Made by a program: the position numbers and the translations under genes. The notes under the pieces were generated by a model, which worked only from the letters and a program-made list of their open reading frames with translations, was not told the origin of the DNA and did not search any database. A stretch of 64,000 nt of DNA. It comes from the human T2T-CHM13v2.0 reference genome, Homo sapiens. Where the stretch lies: NCBI RefSeq assembly GCF_009914755.1, contig NC_060940.1. One strand, 5' to 3'. Numbering within the stretch: the stretch's first letter is position 1; every line of letters starts with the position of its first letter. Positions 1 to 43,870 of this stretch are shown here, piece after piece.

Positions 1-226
1 GGAACAGAAGAGAGGGAAAGGGGGAAAATAGAGAGACGGAGGGAGAGAAAGAGAGAAGAACTAATGAGCACAGAACTAAGAAAGCCCAGGCACAGTGGCT
101 CACATCAGTAATTCTAGGGCCTTGGGAGGCAAGACAAGAGAATCACTTGAGGCCATGAGTTCAAGGGCAGCCTAGGCAACATAGTGGGACCCTATCTCCA
201 CAAAAATAATAATATTATTATTATTA

Positions 227-710
<484 letters not shown>

Positions 711-983
711 GCCAGTTCCAGACTAGGAGACTCCAAAGAGACACTGGAGCCAACCACAATGTGCAAACCTGATTGGGTCCTGATTTGGAAATTAAACATC
801 TTTAAAATGCATTCAGGGAATAATTGGGTTCATTTGAACGTGGACTCAATATTAGAAAATTTCTATTGATTTTCTTGGGTAGGGTGGTGACATGTGGCTG
901 GCTATAAGGGAAGATGTCTTTATTTTTAGGAGATTCACATTGAAGTCATTATAGGGGTCAAGTGACATGATATCTACAGCTAA

Positions 984-1179
<196 letters not shown>

Positions 1180-2274
1180 TAAATGTTGGCCAGGCGCAGT
1201 GGCTCACGCCTGAAATCCAAGCACTTTGGGAGGCCGAGGCAGGCGGATCACTTGAGGTCAGGAGTTCAAGACCAGCCTCGCCAACATGATGAAACCTCGT
1301 CTCTACAAAAAATACAAAAAATTAGCTGGGCATGGTGGCAGGTGCCTATAATTCCAGCTACTCAAGAGGCTGAGGCAGGAGGATCACTTGAACCCAGGAG
1401 GCGGAGGTTGCAGTGGGCCAAGATCATGCCACTGCACTCCAGCCTGAGCATTAGAGCGAGACTCCATCTCAAATAAATAAATTAATTAACATTTCAGCAA
1501 AATACACACATGCACACAGACAAAGAAAATATGACAAAATGGTAATTATTGAATTTCAGGATAGGTGTATGAGTGACAATTATACCACTTTTTCAACTCT
1601 TCTATGTTTAGATGCTTTAAATATTTAAAGCTAGGGGCTGGGTGCAGTAGCTCATGCTTGTAATCATCATATTTTGAGGGGCTGAGGTGGGAGCATAGCT
1701 TGAGCCCAGCAGTTCGAGGCTGCAGTGAGCTATGATCACACCACTGCCCTCCGGGCTGGGCAGCAGAGCAAGACCCTGTCTCAAAAAAATATAAAATAAA
1801 ATGAAATAAATCTGGGGAGCACGTGGGGGAGGGACTAGTGCATCACAGCCTAATTGAACGAGCAGGAGACTGCCATGGGATGAGGCCAGGCCCAACTGTG
1901 TCAGTCCCTCTGGGTCATTCTAAGGACTTCGGATTCTATCCTGAATGCATGAGGAAACCCTTGAAGGCCTTAAGCAGAGAGTGACATGGTCTGATTTTCT
2001 TTTAAGCTGTAGCTTTGTTTTTGAGATGGGGTCTTGCTAAATTGCCCAGGCTAGTCTCGAACTCCTGGGCTCAAGTGATTCTCCTGCCCCAGCCTCCCAA
2101 GTAGCTGAGATTACAGATAAGTGCCACCACGCCCAGCTAATTTTTGTATTTTTAGTAGAGACGGGGTTTCACCATGTTGGCCAGACTGGTCTCAAACTCC
2201 TGACCTCAAGTGATTCGCTTGCCTCAGCTTCCCAAAGTGCTGGGATGACAGGTGAGAGCCACTGTGCCCAGCCA

Positions 2275-2460
2275 ATTGTACATTTTTAAATAACTCAAAG
2301 AGTGTAATTGAATTGTTTGTAACACAAAGGATAAATGCTTGATGTAATGGATCCCCATTTACCCTGATGTGATTATTATGCATTGCATGCCTGTATTAAA
2401 ACATCTCATGCACCCCATACATATATATGCCTACTATCTACCCACAAAAATTAAAAAATG
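2275..2460 (+). mobile_element. L1MA-type 3' end fragment
   Basis: ttgtaacacaaaggataaatgcttga...ccccatttaccctgatgtgattattatgcattgcatgcctgtatta...aaaaattaaaaaat. Confidence 0.7.
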
Positions 2461-3202
2461 AAAACATTATCCTTTTGATGCTTGGCCACATGGAGGACAC
2501 AGCAAACGGTTCATGGCCAAGCACAAGAGAGCCACTAATGTCTGCACCAGGAAGGGATAATTATCCAATTATAACCCAGAGGCAGCCTCTGGTGTCAATA
2601 GCTGATTGTTCTGAACAAGTCCAGATTCTATGCTTCCCCAAAGCTGTGTGAAATTTAAAAATTCATAATCATTGGCAAATGATAATCGTAATACACATGC
2701 CAAGGCACTACCCAGACCAAGGAAATCCAATTCCCTTGGCACCAGGATCAAATCCAAGATCCCCAGGGGATTCTTTCTTTCTTTATTTTGAGACGGATTC
2801 TGCTCTGTCACCCAGGCTAGAGTGCAGTGACGCAATCTCAGCTCACTGCAACCTCCACTTCCGGGTTCAAGCACTTCTCCTGCCTCAGCCTCCTGAGTAG
2901 CTGGGATTACAGGCACCCGCCACCACGCCTGGCTAATTCTGTATTTCTAGTAGAGACGGAGTTTTAGCACGTTGGCTAGGCTAGTCTCGAACTCCTGGTC
3001 TCAGGTGATCTGCCCACCTAAGCCTCCCGAAGTGCTGGGATCACAGGCGTGAGCCACCACACCTGGCCTCAGGGGATTCTTGATTGCAGCCAGGCAGAGC
3101 CTGCAGTCCCAGGGTGGGGAGTTCCAGCAGTCCTATGAAGGACTGGCTCCAGGGTCCCTGAGCACAAGGTTGCAAGGCCATGTTGTCACACTCTGGACCT
3201 CT

Positions 3203-3504
3203 TGTTTGTTTGTTTGTTTTTTGAGACGGAGTCTCGCTCTTTCGCCCAGGACGGACTGCAGTGGCACGATCTCGGCTCACTGCAAGCTCCGCCTCCTAGG
3301 TTCATGCCATTCTCATGCCTCAGCCTCCTGAGTAGCTGGGACTACAGGCGCCCGCCACCGCGCCCAGCTAAATTTTTTGTATTTTTAGTAGAGACGGGGT
3401 TTCACCATGTTAGCCAGGATGGTCTCGATCTCCTGACCTCGTGATCCACTTGTCTAAGCCTCCCGAAGTGCTGGGATTACAGACGTGAGCCACTGCGCCC
3501 AGCC
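3203..3504 (-). mobile_element. AluY
   Basis: tgcaagctccgcctcc...gccattctc...ttagccaggatggtctcgatctcc diagnostic positions. Confidence 0.85.
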
Positions 3505-3514
3505 AACAGATAGG

Positions 3515-4210
<696 letters not shown>

Positions 4211-4462
4211 GCAGATATATTGTAGAAAAGAATAGTCCGTAAATTCCCAGCAGTAACACTTCGCATATTTTGCCTCTTATTACTTGGAGTATACTGTGTT
4301 TCATATGGCTTTTTAAACTTTGTAAAAACTGCAGCAAGTGCCTGATTACTTAGGGCTTCTTTATCTAGTGACAGACTATTTAGTCCATTAATTTTGTGCT
4401 GTACAACAGGAAAGAGAGAGAAAATGACTTCTGCAGAGACTGAATCATCTTTATGTCCTCTA

Positions 4463-4771
<309 letters not shown>

Positions 4772-5324
4772 TCAAAACAAACAAATCTCTTTAACTCCCA
4801 AAATGGAAAGTTCTCCAAGATATATGTTAAGTGATTAAAAAAAAAAAAAAAAAAAAGGGCCAGCCTGGCATGCTGGCTCATGCCTGTAATCCCAGCACTT
4901 TGGGAGGCCGAGGAAGGCAGATCACCTGACGTCAGGAGTTCGAGACTAGCCTGACCAACATGGGGAAACCCCGTCTCTACTAAAAATACAAAATTAGCCA
5001 GGTGCGGTGGCGCATGCCTGTAATCCCAGCTACTCGGGAGGCTGAGGAGGAGAATCGCTTGAACCCAGGAGGCGGAGGCTGTGGTGAACCGAGATAGCAC
5101 CACTGCACTCCAGCCTAGGCAACAAGAGCGAAACTCCATCTCAAAAAAAAAAAAAAAAACCGCATCTCTACTAACAATACAAAAATTAGCTGGGCAAGGA
5201 GCTAGGTGATTATAGTACCAGCTACTCAAGAGGCTGATGCAGGAGAATCACTAAACCGCATCTCTACTAAAAATACAAAACTTAGCCAGGCAAGGAGCCG
5301 GGTGACTATAGTACCAGCTACTCA

Positions 5325-5510
<186 letters not shown>

Positions 5511-5743
5511 TCACTGGAGCCCAGGAGTTTGAAACCAGCCTAGGCAACATAGTGAGACCCTGTCTCTATATTAAACACACACACACATGCACACACACAC
5601 ACACACACAAAGGCAGCCAGACTATGCACTAGGAACTGCCCTGGGAATCCCTTTGCGTTCTCACAACAATCCCATTTCACAGATGAAGAAACCAAGGCAC
5701 AGAAATATTAAGTAATGTGTCCAGGTGCGGTGGCTCACGCCTA

Positions 5744-6139
<396 letters not shown>

Positions 6140-6329
6140 CTACTTACTGTGTGAGAAGCGCCTGTTCTGTGGAAGGTTGTGGGCTGAGATCTTTCCATGA
6201 GTTCCACTCATTTACCCCCAAGGCTGTTCTTAAAGACAGGCATGACAGTTATGCCCATTTTACAGATGCGGCCCTGAGGCTCACAAGGGCACGCCACTCG
6301 CCCATTTCCACAAAGCTATAGCTCGTTAG

Positions 6330-6653
<324 letters not shown>

Positions 6654-6915
6654 TAAACCCTGTCTCTACTAAAAATACAAAAATTACCCAGACGTGGTGG
6701 CACATGCCTGTAGTCCCAGCTACTCAAGAGGCTGAGGCAGGAGAATCACTTGAACCTGGGAGGTGGAGGTTGCAGTGACCCAAAATCATGCACTCTAGCC
6801 TGGGGTCTCGCTTTTGCCCAGGTTAGAGTGCAGTGGCACAATCACAGTGGCTCACTGCAGCCTCAAACTCCTGGGCTGAAGGGAATCCTCCCACCTCAGC
6901 CTCCCAAGTAGTTAG

Positions 6916-7187
<272 letters not shown>

Positions 7188-8355
7188 TGATCCACCTGCC
7201 TCGGCCTCTCAAAGTGTTGGGATTACAGGCATGAGCCACTGAGCCTGGCCTGGTGAGCTAATTTTTAAATTTGTTATAGAGACAAGAGAGACAAGAGTCT
7301 CTCTTATGTTGCCCAGGCTGGTCTCGACCCCCTGGCCTCAAGTGATCCTCCCACCTCAGCCTCCCAAAGTGCTGGGATTACAGATGGGTGTCACCGCACC
7401 TGGCCTCTGAGGAGGATTTCATTATAAACCTGCCCTGAAGGGAGGGAATCCAATTTTACGAGAGGGTGTAGCCTGGTGAGGCCTGGATGACCTCCGGAGG
7501 CAGGGGCTTGTGCCTGGGCTGAGGCCTAAGGGACAATGGGCAGACATGAAGTTGCCCCAGGCAGAGGGTACAGTGTGGGCAAAGTCAGGAAGTGGCAGGG
7601 CTTGGATCACTCCAGGAAGAGAGAGGAGTCATGTGTCACAGGAGCTCGAGACCCAGAGAGGGAGGCAGGCAGGCAGGCAGGGACCAAGCTTGGGCACAGC
7701 CAGGAAGGCAGGACAGGGCATGGTGGGGCCAATGGAATCATTACCCAAGACGGAGATTTTCAGGGAAACAGCTTAGATAAGGCCAGGCGTACAGTAGCTC
7801 CCACCTGTAATCCCAGCATTTGGGGAGGCTGAGGTAGGAGGACTGCTGAGCCTGGGAGCTCGAGACCAGCCTAGGCAACATAGTGAGACCCCATATCCAT
7901 AAAAAATTTAAAAAAGGAGTTTGTGTTCCTGTAGTAGCAGACTTGGGAGGTTGAGGTGGCAGTATCACTTGAGCCCGGGAGTTCAAGGCTAAAGTGAGCT
8001 GATTGAGCCATTGCACTCCAGCCTGAGCAACAGAGAGATACGCTGTCTCAAAGGAAATACAAATTAAAAAACCAGCCGGGCATGCTGGCGTGTGCCTGTA
8101 GTCTCAGCTACTTGGGACACTGAAGTGGGAGGATCGCTTGAGCCCAGGAGTTCAAGGCTGCCGTGAGCTATGATTGTGCCTCTGCAGTCCAGCCTGGGCG
8201 ACAGAGAAAGACCCTGTCTCTTAAAAAAAAAAAAATCTTAGATAAGAGGATGCTGTGCCTCCCTGGGGGTCTTCAGTCACCCATAGTCCTGGCAAGAGAG
8301 GAGGGCCAGGAGAGAGCTTCACCCACCTGCTGTCCTGCCCATGTGACATCCGCAG

Positions 8356-8462
8356 GTGCTGCCATGGCCACGACTGATGTTACACTCGAGCTGAGGAGGC
8401 CGGCTGCAGCCCCAAGACAGAGCGCTACTCCTGGCAGTGCGTCAATCAGAGCGTCCTGTGCG
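8356..8462 (+). pseudogene. PLA2G10 (group X secreted phospholipase A2) pseudogene, single catalytic exon with nonsense codon
   Basis: cgcag|G TGC TGC CAT GGC CAC GAC TGA TGT TAC...TGC G|gtgagt encodes CCHGHD*CYTRAEEAGCSPKTERYSWQCVNQSVLC, the PLA2G10 active-site exon. TGA at 8375-8377 replaces Cys. Confidence 0.92.
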
Positions 8463-8630
8463 GTGAGTCCCCAGCACCACCATGCCACCCACCCCGAGTA
8501 TCCCCTGGGCATCCTGGCATAGCCAGATGACTTCCGTGCCCCTGTTGCAATAACCACTGCTTCCAAGTCTCTATAGACCACCCCTTGGGTATATCTAATG
8601 TAAGTGATATTTATTTTATTTATTTTTTGA

Positions 8631-8912
<282 letters not shown>

Positions 8913-9419
8913 TAATGTGAGTGATCTTTAACACTGAGCACTTGAAAAAGAAAACCCTGAAGAAACCTAATTCTTTGATGTCTGGACGACAAGGAAGAAG
9001 ATAGAAATGGCATCAGATAATAAACAGTGTAAATGTTTATCAGAAAGAGGCTGGTGGTCGGGACAAGTAGGAGGATCGCTTGAGTCCAGGAGTGCATCTC
9101 TACAAAAAAGTTAAAGGATTTTTTAACATTGGCCAGGCGTGGTGGCACACATCATCTGTGATCCCAGCTACTTGGGAGGCTGGGGCAGGAGGATTGCTTG
9201 AAGCCCAGGAGGTTGAGGCTGCAGTGAGCTGTGATCGAGCCACTGCACTCCAGCCTGGGTGACACAGCAAAATCCAGTCTCAAAAAAAATAATAATAATA
9301 TTTTACATAACCAACCACTTCTAAAGATTAAAAAAAAACCCCTATGATTAAAAACCTCAGGTCCCTCAGGCAATCATACCAGATATCGAAACAAAGCAAT
9401 AACATAAGGACTGCAGTAT

Positions 9420-9520
9420 TTATTTTATTTTTATATTATTTATTTATTCTTTGTTAGTTTTTGGAGTGTGGGTTTTGTTTTGTTTTTTGAATTTTTTATT
9501 TTGTTCTACTCGGTTTTATT
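9420..9520 (-). terminator. Candidate polyadenylation signals for NPIPB
   Basis: AATAAA on the minus strand (tttatt at 9515-9520, 9495-9500 and ~9420-9448), shortly after the stop codon. Confidence 0.6.
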
Positions 9521-9554
9521 CTTATTGCTCAGGCTTGAGTGCACTGGCCTCTTC

Positions 9555-32139
<22,585 letters not shown>

Positions 32140-34249
32140 TTGCAGAATGAGAACAGGGGCTCATGATGAGTGCCAACCTATTAGATAATTTAAAAAAAAA
32201 AGTGTTGAATGAGTGGAAAAACAAGGTGATGTTTGAGTCTATAGTGGTCAAGGGCTTCAGAAAAGGACAGAACCAAGTTCAAATTCCTGTACTTTGAATT
32301 TCTACTTCATGCCATGCAAAATTACTTTACCCCTTTTAACCTCAGTTTTCTTCTGTGTGAAACAGGAACAATAGTTTCATTCGTCATTCAGTTTCTCTCA
32401 AGATTTCACGAGATCATACCTATAAAACATCCAAGTCATTTAAATGTATCATCATTTCTGTCATAATTAGTGGGATCCATTTCACTATTATTGGATATAC
32501 AGTTCTGTGCCTGAAACCTACAAAAAAACAAAATGTTAAGTCTAAAAAGCATTAGTGATTTCTCATTTTTATATTACTAATTATAACCCTATTTAATCAC
32601 ACAAGGCCTTGTCCGCGGCAGGTGCTCAATAAACACTTGTCGAATCAATGCATGTGGGCTCCGGAGCCACACTGTTTAGATTCTATTCTGCCTCCACCAC
32701 TTATCAGCTGTGTGATCTGGGTAAGATAATTCACCTCTTTATGTCTGCACTTCCCTCTCCATAAACTATATATAATGAGAATCCTTAGCTCATTCGGTTG
32801 TGGTGAGGGGTGAATGATTTGGCACACAGGAGGGGCTTGTTAAACATTAGCTGTGATGATCTCCTTCCAAATCTTCATTTTCAGAGCCACAGATGAGGCC
32901 ATAGTGCAACCAGGTGACCTTAGAGTGTAAGTACACATGATCGCCAGCTATGCTCTATCTCCACCATAGGTCCAAGACTGGGTAGTTCTGGCCTGGAGGT
33001 TTCTGCTGCATCTGCCTTCTCAGTGTTCACCTAAGGACTTTTGTATTTTCCTCCTCGCATCCCCACAGATGGGGTTCAGGCTGCCGGACACAGCTGGGTG
33101 ATGCCAGGGCAGTGGTCACCTGTGCCAGCCCCGTGAGGTAGCTGGAGGATCATTGTTCCTTCCTTCTCGGGCTCTGGGCAGATGCCAGGGCTGGGGTGAC
33201 CCATGCCCTCAAGTTTCTTGCTTTGGTGGGCCACATTTTCCCTTGGCAAAGAGGGTAAAGGTCACAGGATGCCGGAGAGCTGTGACTTCTCTGTGCCCTG
33301 GGCCCAAACTATGAAGACCTGACACACTATGCTAAAAGTCCAACGCTGGGTGCTCCCCAGAGCTTCTTGCCTCACCGCTTCTGCTGAGGGAGGAATGAAT
33401 ACTATGTCCTCCCAGAGCTTTGGGAGCTTGTAGCAAGCAGCCTCCCCAGCGCAAAATCTCTTGGAAACCTCTAACTGTGTCTGAAACATTAGTGCAAATG
33501 TTGCATCCTATTTCCCATATGTCCGCATGTTTTAGAAAAAAACCCTCAATTTCCTAAATATGCAAGAAAAATCGGTATTGTAGGACAATGTGACTTTTTA
33601 AAAAATGTTATTTAAAAATCTTCCCCACCTCCTTTTCTGCCCTCCAAGACTGCCAAATACTTGTTGAACATATATTATTAAATGCCTACTACATGCCAGC
33701 CATGATTCATGGTCTTGGGGACACAGCAGAGAACGAACTGACAGGACTCCTCTCTTATGTAACTCACATTCTTATATGATAATGATAAGGGTTAACATTA
33801 ATTAAGCTGTCACTGCATGTTAGTCACGGTGCAGTCATTCCCACACATTATTACACTTAAACCTGCTAGCAAGCTTGCAAGGTAGTTAGTTGTTTTTCCT
33901 TTAAAAACTGAGTCTCGGAATGATGAAGCACTCTGTCCAATGTCACACAGCTAGTAAGTGTGGAGACCTTGCATCCAATCAATGCCCGTCTCATTCTAAA
34001 GGCCATGTTATGTGTTCTCCAGCCCATGGAGAATAATTTTAACACAGTCAATGAAATTTCTACACAACAATGTTCTTGTCTCAAGTCCAAGAATGCCTCC
34101 TACACCTCCTATAATACTGGCTTTCTGGTGAGTAAAGATGCCATTCTCATGTGTAATCAGGTGGCAAATGGAGATATGACCAAAGTAACCACCTGCCTAC
34201 ACTCATAACCCTGTACACACTCTTCCTGTGTCGATTCAATTCAAGTACC

Positions 34250-35467
<1,218 letters not shown>

Positions 35468-35734
35468 TAATTTTTTGTATTTTTAGTAGAGACAGGGTTT
35501 CACTGTGTTAGCCAGGATGGTCTCAATCTCCTGACCTCGTGATCTCCGCGCCTCGGCCTCCCAAAGTGCTGGGATTACAGGTGTGAGCCACCGTGCCCAG
35601 CCTAATTTTTGCATTTTTAGTAGAGAGGAGGTTTCACCATGTTGGCCAGGGTGGTCTCGATCTCCTGACCTTGTAATCCGCCTGCCTCAGCCTCCCAAAG
35701 TGCTGGGATTACAGGCGTGAGCCACTGCAACTGA

Positions 35735-35983
<249 letters not shown>

Positions 35984-36612
35984 TGATCCACTCTCATTGG
36001 CCTTCCAAGGTGCTGGGATTATAGGCGTGAGCCACCACAACTGGCTCAGTAAATACATTTTTTATTATCAAAAAAGAGTAGTGTATGGTTGGCGTATTCT
36101 GTGTAGAATGTATTTTATTGATGTCTCCTATTTTTATAATTTCTGAGTTAAGTACTTTTTAATTAATGCTTTTTAGTTTTGGGCAGATTCAGTTGACTAA
36201 AGCACCTCATTTCCCAGATACATGAAATAAAATATTTGGCTTCTTTTCCAATTTCACACTGATGTTATTTTGTGAAAATCAGTGCTTTAAGATAAATCGT
36301 TATACGTTAAGATAAACATGAGAAACTTGATCTAATATTTAATAGTTATTCAGTTCTACACTTTATTAACTTCTACACCAGCAGATTTAGACATTATGTA
36401 ACCATCTCAAGAAGTTTCACTTGGATGTAATGCTTCACGCTTGTAATCCCAGCACTTTAGGAGGCTGAGGTGGGAGGACTGCTTAAGGCAAGGAGTCTGA
36501 GACCAGCCTGGGCAATACAGCAAGATCCCATCTCTATTTTAAAGAAAAGTTTCACTTTGGGAGGCCAAGGCGGGTAGATCACAAGGTCAAGAGATCGAGA
36601 CCATCCTGGCTA

Positions 36613-36915
<303 letters not shown>

Positions 36916-37473
36916 TTATCTTGAGAATGTATATTTAAGCTTAATTTAAGACTATATACCTAAAAATTGAGCATGTAATTTCTATAATTTGTTTATGTAA
37001 GTTTCTGTAAGTCATAAGTATGTGGTTTCCAAGTGTATAATTTATCTGAATGTAATAGGCATTAATATATTTTACATTACTGGGACCATAGTACAGAAAT
37101 TTCTAAATGGTTTGTAAAATAACTTGTTATTTGTGTTGTTGTAAAAGCAGTTAATACAATGGAAAAACTCGTAATAAGAAGATACAGTTTAACATCAAAA
37201 AGTTTACCCAAGGTAATTATGAGTACTACCTGGCAAAACTTCACGGAAGCTGTGGTATCACTTTTATGATGGAAGAATGGTGTTTGCATTTTGTGTAAAA
37301 GTACTTGCGGCTGGGCGTGGTGGCTCATGTCCCAGTGCTTTGGGAGGCGAAGGCAGGTGGATCATCTGAGCCCAGGAGTTTGAGACCAGCCTAGGCAACG
37401 TGGCAAGAGCCTGTCTCTCCAAAACCTACAAAATTTAGCCAAGCTTGGTGGTGTGAGCCTGTAGTCCCAGCTA

Positions 37474-37929
<456 letters not shown>

Positions 37930-38013
37930 TTACTTGTAATTAAAAATCATGCATCATTCACAATTTATATCTTTTTTGTTTGTACAAAAATGAACACAAG
38001 TTATTCTCTTTTA

Positions 38014-38397
<384 letters not shown>

Positions 38398-38903
38398 TTA
38401 ACTTTGGTATTTCAGGTTGTATTTAAATGGAGACTTAACATGAACTATGTTCATAACACTTGACCAAATTAAGTGTAGATCGTCTCTTTAATAAAGAGAT
38501 CATCTGGAACTGCAATTTCTAACTCATACATCATTGCTACAAACCTTATTTGTTTACTGTTTCTCTTCCAGGGACCATCAGTCATCCTTTAAAATTCATT
38601 TCAAGCTCTGAAAAGATATTTTTTGTTACATGGGCAATTTACTTTTAGTACAGTAAAATGTTATGTGAATTTCTACAGTATGTTTGCCAAAATGAATTAT
38701 ATCTAGAATACGCTTAACAATATATTCTGGAGGCAGCTTTCATTTGAAATTAGGTTCACCTTCTGAGAGTATGAAAAAGTTAATGGGTTTTTGTGCCTGA
38801 AGATTTTGATGTTGCATTTGGCTACATTTAATCCACTTTCACCCATAAGTTTTAGCATCTAAAAAAATTAAATCACTGCTAATGCAATTAAAATGCATTA
38901 TGA

Positions 38904-39394
<491 letters not shown>

Positions 39395-39632
39395 TAGAAT
39401 GAGGCATGTTGACACCTCCCCTTCCCATCATGGCCTAAGCTGGTCTTTTCAGTTTACTTTGGAATGTCCTTGCTCAACAGGAAGGGTCCATTCAGTCGGA
39501 TTGGGTGGCTTAGAATTTTATTTTTGGTTTACATCTCAACTATCACAGCAGCCGGGCGCGGTGGCTTCACAGCTGTAATCCCAGCACATTGGGAGGCTGA
39601 GGCAGGGGTATCACCTGAGGTCTGGAGTTCTA

Positions 39633-39902
<270 letters not shown>

Positions 39903-40319
39903 TTACTGTCTAGTTAAACTGGTTAATGCAGAAAGGAAGTCTGGTAATTCCAGTTTTAAAGTAAAATTTTGGACATTGTAGGATTGATTATTTGGCATAG
40001 TTGTGATGTTTGTTCCTGCGTTATGGTTTTGTTGGCAGGGCAGCCTTTAAGGACCTGTATATTTTCTTCTAGACTCTATATATTCCCTGTGAGTATTAGT
40101 TGTATGGTCAAACTGGCAAATTTTACCATAGGTATAAATAATAGAGAATGTGGAAGAATAGTGAATAGTGTCAGAGATAGTTAAAAGTCCATACAATAGT
40201 AGAGAAGGTAGTAAGTAATAGTGGCTTGGACTAAATATTTGTTGAATAAATGTTTTAAAAAACAGGCTACCTACAATTTGTGTTGAAGATATGAATGAAT
40301 GAAGTTTCCACACCTTTAT

Positions 40320-41040
40320 GTGGAGACCTGATAAGTAAGCAACAATAAGGAAGGGTCCCCAGGTTGGGGAGAGCCCCAAGTTGAGAACAATAATGAACAA
40401 TTATTGTATGAACAATTGTTAGAGACAGCTAATCACAAACAACCTGCGGGCACAATGACCTCATTCCACACGTAGCACCCTTCAGCAGGACCCTATAAAA
40501 CTTTCCTCCAGCCCTTGCCTCTTTGCAGGTAGCCCCTTCTCTGCTGAGCTGCCCACTGCAACATATTTTCACAATTTCTCTAATAAATCTGCCCTTCTTT
40601 ACCTACAACTATCTTGGTAAATGGCTTTACCACCTGCAAAACTGACCCTAGGTTGTTGCTACCCGATATGGTTTGGCTGCGTCCCCACCCAAATTTCATC
40701 TTGAATTGTAGTTCCCATAATCCCCATGTGTCGTGGGAGGGACCCGGTAGGAGGTAATCGAATCATGGGGGCAGGTTTTTCCCATACTGTTCTCGTGATA
40801 GTGAATACATCTCACTAAATCTGATGGTTTTATAAAGGGCAGTTTCCCTGCACGTGCTCTCTTGCCTGCTGCCATGGAAGACATACCTTTTTGCTCCTTC
40901 TTTGCCTTCCACCATGATTCTGAGGCCTCTCCAGCCTTGTGGAACTGTGAGTACATTAAACCTCTTTTTCTTTATAAATTACCCAGTTTCCAGTATTTCT
41001 TCATAGCAGTATGAAAAGTAACTAATACACTACCCGAGAC
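40320..41040 (+). mobile_element. ERV solo LTR (family uncertain) carrying a THE1 insertion near its 3' end
   Basis: TG start, TATAAA (~40494), AATAAA (~40582), CA end after the THE1 insertion. Confidence 0.5.
40664..41029 (+). mobile_element. THE1 (MaLR) solo LTR
   Basis: gatatggtttggctgcgtccccacccaaatttcatcttgaattgtag...actaataca; 5-bp TSD ctacc at 40659-40663 and 41030-41034. Confidence 0.9.
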
Positions 41041-41435
41041 ATCTTAGGAGATTTGTAATAGCTGTAATGCCAGGTCCACCATATTTTTAGCATAAAGCAA
41101 ATGTTTACGCGTGATATGACTGCACGGGCTTTCTTTCAGCTGGAGCCATAGCAACTCAAGTAGTAACCCTATCTTAGTCTGATTAAAAGTAAATATTAGT
41201 CTGGGCATGGTGGGACATGCCTGTAATCCCAGTACTTTGGGAGGCTGAGACAGAAGGATTGCTTGAGCCCAGGAGTTTGAGACCAGCCTGGGCAACATGG
41301 AAAAACACCATCTCTACAAAAAATACAAAAATTAGCTGAGCTGGTGGCACACACCTGTAGTCCCAGCACCTTGGGAGGGTGAGGCAGGAGGATCTCTTGA
41401 ACCCGGGAGGTGGAAGCCGCAGTGGGCAATGATCA

Positions 41436-42296
<861 letters not shown>

Positions 42297-42785
42297 ATCA
42301 TGCTACTGCACTCCAGCCTGGGCAACAGAGCAAGGCCCTGTCTCAAAAAAAAAAAAAAAAAAAAAAAAGGAACATGACTTAATACATTCATTTTGGAGGG
42401 TAAGTCTCTCAAAATAGGCCTTTCACTGGGGGAAAATGGTAAAAATACTCCCTGGTAATTCAAGAATTGGAGACTCCTGAGATGCTGCTCATATTAGCTG
42501 AGCACTTATCAATACTTCACTTTTTTCCATATATACTCAAGGAACAAGTGCTATTTAAAGTGTTTCACTCCACTGTGCTAGGTGCAAGACTATAAAGAGG
42601 TGTGAGGATCAACACTTTTATGAAAACCAGTGTCATTCTGGATATAGTTTCAGATGCTAGTGCAAAGGAAGCTCTTGGTATACGGAAAAAGTATTCAACA
42701 ATAAATTAGGCATGGTTGCTTCCATTTTCTGCCTCACATACTTTTTTTTTCGTGGTTGAAGTGATATAATGTCTATGATATTTTA

Positions 42786-43061
<276 letters not shown>

Positions 43062-43182
43062 TCAGGCCAGGTGTGGTGGTGCACTCCTGCAATCCCAGCA
43101 CTTTGGGAGGCTGAGATGGGCAGACAGCTTGACCTCAGGAATTCCAGACTAGCCTGGGCAACATGGCGAAACCCCATGTCTA

Positions 43183-43398
<216 letters not shown>

Positions 43399-43477
43399 TC
43401 AAAAAAAAAAAAAAAAAAAAAAAAAAAGGAAAGGTCAGGGCACATGGCTGCTACAGTCCTCTATTAAGCAATGTGCC

Positions 43478-43870
43478 ACAGCAGGGGTGCCTGACCCCTG
43501 GGCCATGGACATGTACTGGTCTGTGGCCTGTTAGGAACTGGGCCACAGAGCAGGAGGTGAATGGTGGGTAACAATTGAAGCTTCGTCTGTATTTCTGGCT
43601 GCTCCCCATTGCTTGCATTGCTGCCTGAGCTCTGCCTCCTGTCAGATCAGCAGCATCATTAGATTCTTACAGGAGCATGAACCCTGTTGTGAATTGCACA
43701 CACGAGGGATCCAGGTTGCATATTCCTTATGAGAATCTAATTCCTGATGATTTGTGGTGGAACAGTTTCATCCCAAGACCATTACCATCCTGCGCCCCAT
43801 CCCTTGCCGCCTGTGGAAAAATTGTCTTCCACAAAGCCGGTCCCTGGTGCCAAAAATGTTGGGGACTGCT
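43478..43870. mobile_element. MER1B-like hAT-Charlie DNA transposon
   Basis: caggggtgcctgacccctgggccatggac...ctgttaggaactgggcc...ccggtccctggtgccaaaaatgttggggactgctg. Confidence 0.8.
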
